Positions 56,789 to 64,000 of a stretch of DNA of 64,000 nucleotides are shown one piece after another. A program made the position numbers and the translations under genes. Origin of the DNA: Thermodesulfobacteriota bacterium (GTDB taxonomy: Bacteria > Desulfobacterota > Desulfobulbia > Desulfobulbales > SURF-16); contig JBDLIE010000002.1 in NCBI GenBank assembly GCA_039715015.1, forward strand, positions 69,422 through 133,421, given 5' to 3'. Position 1 is the first letter of the stretch, and each line of letters begins with the position of its first letter. The notes below the pieces were generated by a model, which did no database searches, had not been told where the DNA came from, and saw only the letters and a list, made by a program, of their open reading frames with translations.

Positions 56789-57043
56789 TGGCATCTCCTT
56801 ATCAACTTTCCTTGTTGGCATAATACTTTGTCCACACGAGAAAGATCTGTCCTACCACAAAGCCCCCAGGGCAGGACCAACTCGCAAAAAGACATAGAAC
56901 GAAAAGACTCTTTAAAAAAAATTTCCTCAAGCGGAATGAAGGGACAGACAACACAGTCCACAAATTACAGAACTTCTAAAACAGATACTACTCATTAACC
57001 CCTAAAAAGGTGGCAGGGGCGCAAGTGCGCCAACCGCGAAAAC

Positions 57044-57091
57044 ATACCAAATGTGGTAGTGATAGAACTAGAAAAGCACAATATATATGCC
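57044..57091. promoter_or_regulatory. tandem NrdR boxes upstream of nrdJ
   Basis: ATACCAAATGTGGTAG (57044-57059) and GCACAATATATATGCC (57076-57091) match acaCwAtATaTwGtgt; their starts are 32 bp apart. Confidence 0.75.
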
Positions 57092-57290
57092 TTGTAAAGA
57101 AAAAATATGCTTTTAAATATGCCGCATTTTAAAGTGGTTTAAAATCAACGAGATAAATATAAAAGCAGAGAAAATTGGCTAAATATGCGTTAGAAATTTA
57201 GAAAATAATTAAACTTTAACCCAGGGAAAAGGTTAGGGAGACAGGGCATGAAATTGCTAGGAGCAAGGTGAATGAAATACGCTAACAGAA

Positions 57291-57947
57291 TCAAGGAGTT
57301 GGCAAGACATAGCCCTTCTGGATAGCGTACTTTATAAGATCAGCAGTATTATTGATGTTGAGTTTCTTCAGCAGATTGGCACGATGATGTTCAACAGTTC
57401 GCGTTGAAATAGAAAGGAGTTCAGCAATATCTCGACTGGTGCGGCCCTCTGCCACCAACTTCAAGACCTGTCTCTCGCGCGGCGTTAAAGAATCAGAGGG
57501 GACCCCCTTCTTCTCCTGACAGGCACGGATCTCATCTCGGGACAACTCATCGGCAAGAACCGGAGAGATAAAGAGATCACCTTTGAGGGCATGGTTGATA
57601 GCGGTCAACAACTCGGTATCGGAATCTTCCTTGAGAATATAGCCGTCCGCTCCGGCAGAGAGAGCATGACAGAGGTATTGCTTACTCTTATGCATGGTGA
57701 GCATGATGATTTTAACATCCGGGCAAATCTTCTTGGCCTCACCGATGGCCTCAATGCCACGCAGATTAGGCATGGATATATCAAGAAGGATAATATCAGG
57801 GGTAATTTTCTTAATAAAATTAAGAAGTTCTAGGCCATCACCGACCTGACCGATCACGGCGAGGGATGGTTCTGCTTCTATAATTTTTTTGATTCCATGC
57901 CGAATTAAAGCATGATCATCCGCCAGAACAACACGACAGACCCCCAT
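57291..57947 (-). CDS. NarL/LuxR-family response regulator
   Basis: LADDH, DISMP, LuxR HTH LTPRERQVL...STRTVEHHR. Confidence 0.95.
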   Translation of the reverse strand: MGVCRVVLADDHALIRHGIKKIIEAEPSLAVIGQVGDGLELLNFIKKITPDIILLDISMPNLRGIEAIGEAKKICPDVKIIMLTMHKSKQYLCHALSAGADGYILKEDSDTELLTAINHALKGDLFISPVLADELSRDEIRACQEKKGVPSDSLTPRERQVLKLVAEGRTSRDIAELLSISTRTVEHHRANLLKKLNINNTADLIKYAIQKGYVLPTP

Positions 57948-57978
57948 AACTCACCTCTTTTTCCTACACTGATAGTGA

Positions 57979-59907
57979 TCAAACAGGAATGGTAATGTGA
58001 ACAGCTGTGCCATGACCGGGCTCACTCTCTATATCAAAACTGCCTCGTAAAATACGGACCCGTTCTGCCATGGCAGTCAACCCCATACCTTTTTCCGGGC
58101 TGATAGACGTAAAAACTTCCTCAACATTAAAACCTTTTCCATTATCTTTAACAACGAGAAAGATACGATTTTGATGTTTTTCGATCTGAAAAACAAAGGA
58201 GGTGGCCTCTGCATGCTTGCTCATATTATTGAGTGATTCCTGAACAATACGATAAATCATCCGTTGCGAATTCTGACCGAAATAATGGTTAATCTCCACA
58301 AGGTCAATATCAGCCTCCATGCCGGAGAGCTTGGCAAAATTACTCACCAAATGTTCAAGGGCGGCATCTATACCAAGATCATCAAGTAAAACAGGCGACA
58401 AATCACGAGAAAGACGGCGGACATTCTCAATAATGAGATTAATGGACGAACGGAGTTCCTCACATTCCTCCTGCAAAACTTCCAGCGGCTCATCGCCAAG
58501 ACCTCTGACAACGGCCCGCAGTTGAAGTTTCAAGGCTGCAAGGGACTGGCCCAGTTCATCATGGAGCTCGACTGAGATGCGCTGCCGTTCATTTTCCTGA
58601 ACAGTGAGCAAGTTATTGGAAAGTTGATGAAGAACATCCTCTGATTCAAGCAACGCTGCTTCCACCTTTTTACGTTCTTCAATTTCATTTTGAAGGGTCC
58701 TATTGGTGGACGAAAGCTCAAGGGTACGCTGGTGCACAACTTCTTCCAAGGTGTTTCGGTGCTCCTCTAGGGCTGACTCGGCCTTCTTTGAACGATAGAT
58801 AAGTACGGACAAAACAATAACCATGGCTTCAAGTGCCAAAGCTATCACCAGGGCTGTCCAGCCAAATTTTTTATACTGCCACAATACGGACTGAGGTTCT
58901 TCTGTAACCGTACTGTCATCGGGCAAAGAACCATAGGAGATGTCAAACCAACGCATCTCATTATAGTCAAAGGCGTAATAATTATCCGTTGTCACACTCT
59001 TGGTTTCGCCGGGCTGCAAATCACCCCAAACCACCTGCATGGCAAGCTTAGCGGCCATCTTACCCTGGGCCACACCACTTACCATTCGTCCCCCCAAAGG
59101 GCCGCTACCCAGGTAAAAATCCCACATACTTAAAATAGGGACCTTGCACCGGCTGGCAATGAGCCACGAGGAACGCTTGTTGGTAAAAACCCCTCCTGCC
59201 TCGTCTCGAGTAAAATTCCCCAAAAGCACCAAGGTGTTGCCGCTCAGTGCTTTCACCATATTGACCAGTTCATCCATGGATGAAGGGCTGAGGAATTCAA
59301 AATTTAGAGATGGGAAGTTCGTCACCTCTCGCCGCAAGAGGGGGTCAAGAAGAGTTCCATCAACGCTGCGATCGTTTATCACAACGATTCTCTCCGTATC
59401 CGGGTACAGCGCAAGACCTGCGGTCAAGGTGGCATGGACATCAACATTTTCTACCACTCCGGCAAAGCCATCCAAGCCATACTTCTCAACCGGCAGACTG
59501 CCGATCTTGCCGCAAAAGAGAGTTGCTGCTCCAGGGAAGATCTCCCCATGGAAACGAGCCAGGAAATCAATGGCGATATCATCAACAGCAATAATTACAT
59601 CAAACTGCAGAAAGCGGTATTTTTGGGTCAGCTGTTCGCGCAGAAGCTGGAAGTTGTCAGAATTATCAAGACGCTGGGCATCCATGTACTCCATATGCAG
59701 TTCAAGATTCTGCTGATCTTTGGCAAGAAGGACCTTGTACAGACCGTCATTAACATCCTCAACCCAACCAAGGCCGCTGTGGTAGGAATGAAGCACAAAG
59801 ATATTCCTCTGCTGCGGGCCTTGTTGGCCCAGGGCAGGAGAACAAAACAACACCAGGAAAAAGAGGATAGAGATTACAAAGGAAGTCCGCGCCATGACTG
59901 AACCCAT
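57979..59907 (-). CDS. HisKA_3 sensor kinase with fused periplasmic binding-protein-like domain
   Basis: Signal peptide, VLHSYH...W periplasmic domain, TM, ERQRISVELHDELGQ, YRIVQE.LNN..KH, DNGKGF. Confidence 0.9.
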   Translation of the reverse strand: MGSVMARTSFVISILFFLVLFCSPALGQQGPQQRNIFVLHSYHSGLGWVEDVNDGLYKVLLAKDQQNLELHMEYMDAQRLDNSDNFQLLREQLTQKYRFLQFDVIIAVDDIAIDFLARFHGEIFPGAATLFCGKIGSLPVEKYGLDGFAGVVENVDVHATLTAGLALYPDTERIVVINDRSVDGTLLDPLLRREVTNFPSLNFEFLSPSSMDELVNMVKALSGNTLVLLGNFTRDEAGGVFTNKRSSWLIASRCKVPILSMWDFYLGSGPLGGRMVSGVAQGKMAAKLAMQVVWGDLQPGETKSVTTDNYYAFDYNEMRWFDISYGSLPDDSTVTEEPQSVLWQYKKFGWTALVIALALEAMVIVLSVLIYRSKKAESALEEHRNTLEEVVHQRTLELSSTNRTLQNEIEERKKVEAALLESEDVLHQLSNNLLTVQENERQRISVELHDELGQSLAALKLQLRAVVRGLGDEPLEVLQEECEELRSSINLIIENVRRLSRDLSPVLLDDLGIDAALEHLVSNFAKLSGMEADIDLVEINHYFGQNSQRMIYRIVQESLNNMSKHAEATSFVFQIEKHQNRIFLVVKDNGKGFNVEEVFTSISPEKGMGLTAMAERVRILRGSFDIESEPGHGTAVHITIPV

Positions 59908-59916
59908 AACAACCTG

Positions 59917-61503
59917 CTAAGTATGTTCCCGGGTCTTATAAAAAAGGATGTCGGGCCACTGCTCTTCGACAAAACCGATATGCCACTGGCCAGGAGCAAG
60001 ATAGGTAAGATGCCCCTCGGCATCATGGGCCAGACTGCCTTGGTTTCTGGCCTCAAACTCCTGCAGACGTTTCTTATCCTCGCAGTCCACCCACCTAGCC
60101 GCTGCATACTCCACCGGTTCGTAGATGGCATCCACCCAATACTCATCCTTGAGCCGGGCCATGGTCACATCAAACTGAAGAATGCCCACGGCCCCAAGAA
60201 TATAATCACCGCCGATAAAGGGCCGGAAGACCTGTACGGCTCCCTCCTCGGCAAGTTGAATCAACCCCTTCTGGAGTTGCTTGGTCTTCAGTGGATTTTT
60301 TAAAATCACCCGTCGAAAATGCTCCGGGGCAAAATTAGGGATACCGGTGAACTTCAGATTTTCCTTCTGGGTGAAGGTGTCGCCGATTTTGATGGTGCCA
60401 TGGTTATGGAGACCGATAATATCACCGGCAAAGGCCTCTTCAATATTGGCCCGATCTTGGGCCATGAAAATAGTGGCATTGGCCAGGGTAATCGATTTGC
60501 CGGCCCGGTGATGAATGACCTTCATACCTCGCTTGAACTTACCGGAACAGATACGCATAAACGCGATACGGTCACGATGGGCAGGGTTCATATTGGCCTG
60601 GATTTTAAAGACAAATCCAGAGAAGGTGTCCTCCTGGGAGGAAACTTCCCGGCTGGCAGCTTGGCGTACACCAGGGGCCGGAGCCAGCTCAACAAAGGCG
60701 TCAAGCATCTCCTTAACGCCGAAATTATTAATGGCACTGCCGAAAAAAACCGGGGTCTGGCTCCCCTGGAGATAATGTTCAAGCTCGAAAGGGTTGGCAG
60801 CTCCTTCAAGGAGTTCGATATCATCACGAAGCTCCTGGGCCTCGGTGCTGCCAATCAGTTCTTCAAGGCGGGGATCAGCCAGATTCTCAATAACAACACC
60901 CTCCTCTCCTCTGGTTTCCTGGCCCGGGCTAAAGAGATGCAGCTTCTTCTCATAAAGATTATAGACGCCCTTAAAACGTTTACCCATACCAATGGGCCAG
61001 GACAATGGCGTACACTCCACCTGGAGCTTGTCCTCAATCTCGCTCATGATATCGAGAGGGTCCATACCTTCTCGGTCGAGCTTGTTTATAAAGGTAATAA
61101 TAGGGGTATTACGGAGGCGACAGACCTCCATCAGTTTCTCGGTCTGGGGCTCGACACCCTTGGCGAAATCAATGACCATGAGGGCAGAATCCACCGCTGT
61201 TAAAACACGGTAGGTATCTTCAGAAAAATCCTGATGGCCAGGGGTATCAAGAAGATTAATCTCGAAATCCCGATAGTTGAACTTCATCACCGAGCTGGTC
61301 ACCGAGATACCACGTTCCTGCTCAATGGACATCCAGTCACTGGTGGCATGACGATCAGCCTTGCGGGACTTGACGGCCCCTGCCATCTGGATAGCGCCAC
61401 CAAAGAGAAGAAGCTTCTCTGTCAGGGTGGTTTTACCGGCATCAGGATGGCTGATGATCCCGAATGTCCGTCTTTTCTCAACTTCTTTTGTATATAAACT
61501 CAT
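59917..61503 (-). CDS. prfC: peptide chain release factor 3
   Basis: [34 protein letters not shown]. Confidence 0.97.
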   Translation of the reverse strand: MSLYTKEVEKRRTFGIISHPDAGKTTLTEKLLLFGGAIQMAGAVKSRKADRHATSDWMSIEQERGISVTSSVMKFNYRDFEINLLDTPGHQDFSEDTYRVLTAVDSALMVIDFAKGVEPQTEKLMEVCRLRNTPIITFINKLDREGMDPLDIMSEIEDKLQVECTPLSWPIGMGKRFKGVYNLYEKKLHLFSPGQETRGEEGVVIENLADPRLEELIGSTEAQELRDDIELLEGAANPFELEHYLQGSQTPVFFGSAINNFGVKEMLDAFVELAPAPGVRQAASREVSSQEDTFSGFVFKIQANMNPAHRDRIAFMRICSGKFKRGMKVIHHRAGKSITLANATIFMAQDRANIEEAFAGDIIGLHNHGTIKIGDTFTQKENLKFTGIPNFAPEHFRRVILKNPLKTKQLQKGLIQLAEEGAVQVFRPFIGGDYILGAVGILQFDVTMARLKDEYWVDAIYEPVEYAAARWVDCEDKKRLQEFEARNQGSLAHDAEGHLTYLAPGQWHIGFVEEQWPDILFYKTREHT

Positions 61504-61781
61504 GATTAGTCAACAGCTAATAGATAAAATAAAAACACCCCTAGCAAGGAGCGTCAGATAGAATCAAATCAGTCTTGCAACAGGCTGATTCAAGGTGGGA
61601 GACTATAGCCAACAAGGGACGTACTGTCCATCCAGAAAAGATCAAAAAGGAACAATTTACCAGCATTTGCCATCTTTTGCTTTCTTTAAATCGTGGCTGC
61701 TTTCTCCCTTGCTTTGCGGATTGAAATACGAAACAATACCAAGACAATCAACAGCAAAACTATTACGAGCAAGGAGAGAAG

Positions 61782-62252
61782 ATGGCTGAGCGCCCTGCAT
61801 CAGAACTGGCCTTTACCATGGCCCACCTCATGCTGCCCAAGGACGGCAACCCCATGGGATTTGTCCATGGCGGTGTCGTTGCCAAGCATATTGACGAGGC
61901 AGCAGCAGTGGTGGCCAGTCGCCATGCCCGCTGTACGGTGGTCACCCGCAGCTTTGACAATCTGGAATTTCATAACCATGTGGCCATCGGCAACCTGCTG
62001 CTTCTCAAGGCCAGTCTCAATATGGTGGGCAAGACATCCATGGAGATCGGCGTCCGGGTGGAGGAGGAAGAATTAACCAGCGGCCGGATAAACCACATCG
62101 CCTCTGCCTACCTTACTTTTGTGGCCATTGACGGCAAAGGGCGGCCATGCCCGGTACCAAAGGCCGTTTTCACAAGCGAGGAAGAACAGCGGCGCAACAA
62201 AGAGGCATCTTGCCGGCGACAAAAAAAGTTGGCAAAAGAGTCCTGCAGTTGA
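61782..62252 (+). CDS. hotdog-fold acyl-CoA thioesterase
   Basis: N.MG.VHGG...DE.A, G.TSME.GV, AYLTFVA.D..G.P..VP; AAGGAG RBS. Confidence 0.9.
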   Translation: MAERPASELAFTMAHLMLPKDGNPMGFVHGGVVAKHIDEAAAVVASRHARCTVVTRSFDNLEFHNHVAIGNLLLLKASLNMVGKTSMEIGVRVEEEELTSGRINHIASAYLTFVAIDGKGRPCPVPKAVFTSEEEQRRNKEASCRRQKKLAKESCS

Positions 62253-62282
62253 CCTTGTCATTGCCCTGGTCTATGGTGGGCC

Positions 62283-63413
62283 ATGCCTGAAACATCTCAC
62301 CAGAAGTCACCTTACGACCCGGCCCAGCATATCCGTCAAATCTTTATCGAAGAAAGCTGCGCCGACCTGCCTTATGTCCACGAAATCTGTGCGCGGGCCA
62401 AAATTCCTAGCCAGATAATTGCCGACCGCAGCGATCCTCCGGTCTCATACAGTTCCTTCCCCCAAAACCTGCAGACCGGCAAACAGCACCTCGTGCTCTG
62501 CAAAAACCGAGGCAGCTTCTTTAAACCCTGCCCAGGCACCAAGGAGTATCGTTGCTGTGACTACCATGTCCTTAATATCGGCATGGGCTGCCCCATGGAT
62601 TGCGTTTACTGCATCCTCCAGGCCTACCTCAACAACCCCTGGCTCACCTTTTTTGTCAATACCGACGAGCTCTTTGCCGAGCTGGACCTGGCCTTTGAAC
62701 GTACCAGCCAGTTTTGGCGGATCGGCACCGGTGAATTCACCGATTCCCTGGCCATTGATCATCTCACCGGCCTGAGCCCTCGGCTTATTGACTATATGCG
62801 CGACAAGAAAAAGGGGGTGCTGGAGCTCAAGACAAAATCCGTGGCAATCAACCACCTTGCCGACCTTGACCATAATGGCCGGACGGTTATTGCCTGGTCG
62901 TTAAATGCCCCAGCAATCATGGCCAAGGAGGAGATCAGGACAGCCAGCCTGGACGAACGCCTGGCAGCGGCCCGGCGGGTAGCAGACATGGGCTATAAGC
63001 TTGCCTTTCATTTTGACCCGATCATCTACCATGATGGCTGGCAGCAAGGCTATAGCGCCACGATCAAAAAACTCTTTGCAAGCGTGCCCCCGGAAAAAAT
63101 TGCCTGGATCAGTCTCGGGGCGCTCCGCTTTCTGCCGCAGCTCAAGGCCATCGCCCTCACCCGCTTCCCCGGTTCCACCTTCTTTCACGAAGAATTCATC
63201 ATGGGCCTTGACAACAAGTACCGTTACTTCAGGGCATTGCGGGTGGAAATGTACAAACATCTCTTAAATGAAATGCGGGCCTTGGCAAGCCCCCATACCT
63301 GTCTCTATTTTTGCATGGAAAGCGATGAGATCTGGCAGGAGTGTGGCTTTACAACCGGCAAGAGCCAAAGCCTGCCCGATGACCTTGACCTGGCCTTTGA
63401 ACAAAGTGTTTAG
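62283..63413 (+). CDS. spore photoproduct lyase (SplB)-like radical SAM protein
   Basis: GCPMDCVYC.LQ.Y, GEFTDSL, ELKTKS, FHFDPI, YFCME. Confidence 0.85.
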   Translation: MPETSHQKSPYDPAQHIRQIFIEESCADLPYVHEICARAKIPSQIIADRSDPPVSYSSFPQNLQTGKQHLVLCKNRGSFFKPCPGTKEYRCCDYHVLNIGMGCPMDCVYCILQAYLNNPWLTFFVNTDELFAELDLAFERTSQFWRIGTGEFTDSLAIDHLTGLSPRLIDYMRDKKKGVLELKTKSVAINHLADLDHNGRTVIAWSLNAPAIMAKEEIRTASLDERLAAARRVADMGYKLAFHFDPIIYHDGWQQGYSATIKKLFASVPPEKIAWISLGALRFLPQLKAIALTRFPGSTFFHEEFIMGLDNKYRYFRALRVEMYKHLLNEMRALASPHTCLYFCMESDEIWQECGFTTGKSQSLPDDLDLAFEQSV

Positions 63414-63641
63414 CCTCAGACATCAGCCTTATCCCCCGGCAACCAAAAATTTTTTTGCCTCTTGCCCGGCCATTACCAAGCCACACAATGCAGCCCTCTT
63501 TTATTGCTGAGCGCAACGTTTTTTGGTTGGCTATCCCCTGAGCTTTTTGTATTCTATCAAACGTTGCGTATCGGATCGGCATACCCTCTGAAAGGTATGT
63601 CATTTTTAGTTTATGATTTTTGTAATAGGGAGAGAACATTC

Positions 63642-64000
63642 ATGATCAATAAAGCTATCATCATTGGCAACCTTGGCGGCGACCCAGAGGTCCGTTATAC
63701 CCAAAACGGTTCTGCCGTTGCCAATTTTAACGTAGCCACCACTGAACGCTGGAAAGATCAATCCGGCAACCAGCAGGAGCAAACGGAGTGGCACCGCGTT
63801 GTCGCTTTTGCCCGCCTTGGCGAAATCTGCGGGGAGTATCTCTCCAAAGGCTCCAAGGTCTATATCGAGGGTCGTATCCAGACCAGGCAATGGGAAGACC
63901 GGGATGGCAATAAACGCTATACCACCGAGATCGTTGCCCGGGAAATGAAGATGCTCGACAGCCGCTCCAGCCAGGGAGGCGGTGGCGGTGGCGGTGGCGG
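63642..64000 (+). CDS. ssb: single-stranded DNA-binding protein, 3'-truncated by the window edge
   Basis: Translated by hand: [20 protein letters not shown]...EQTEWHRVV...[19 protein letters not shown]..., then a Gly-rich tail. Absent from the ORF track because it has no stop codon in the window. Confidence 0.97.
   Translation, partial: MINKAIIIGNLGGDPEVRYTQNGSAVANFNVATTERWKDQSGNQQEQTEWHRVVAFARLGEICGEYLSKGSKVYIEGRIQTRQWEDRDGNKRYTTEIVAREMKMLDSRSSQGGGGGGGG

Noticed and set aside
56822..57040. Possible cobalamin riboswitch ahead of nrdJ
   Set aside because: No B12-box or other conserved cobalamin aptamer segments found by eye on the minus strand.
63975..64000. GGC/GGT trinucleotide run at the window end
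   Set aside because: It encodes the ordinary Gly-rich linker of SSB.

Overview
This 64 kb window is chromosomal DNA from an anaerobic Gram-negative bacterium. Gene content and protein style suggest Desulfobacterota, probably Desulfobulbales-like; that is inference only. Most of it is housekeeping (ilvC/ilvY, tRNA-Leu, fba, tatA x2, pnp/mtaD, thrC, gpmI, rsfS, secDF, purQ, tatC, gmhB, nrdJ, prfC, ssb) interleaved with many signalling genes. The best candidate for an undescribed system is at 0.4-9.5 kb. A 31-aa peptide gene missing from the ORF track (1836..1931, minus, MKKKVIVLNQGTTAEVIAKSKAFCPPGAPSG, with a GGAGG RBS) lies between a TonB-dependent receptor and a radical SAM/SPASM maturase. 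Divergently transcribed are an orphan periplasmic binding protein, a membrane histidine kinase, a REC-GAF-HK hybrid and a stand-alone receiver. Together these look like a RiPP-based peptide signalling (quorum-sensing-like) circuit related to the uncharacterised 'geopeptide' loci. Other points of interest are an ECF sigma/zinc anti-sigma/VWA module, a CLC transporter with non-canonical anion-binding residues, an FHA-adenylate cyclase/FHA-FHA/PP2C operon with no kinase, tandem NrdR boxes, an IlvY operator and two structured intergenic regions. No CRISPR array, rRNA, integrase or transposase was seen.
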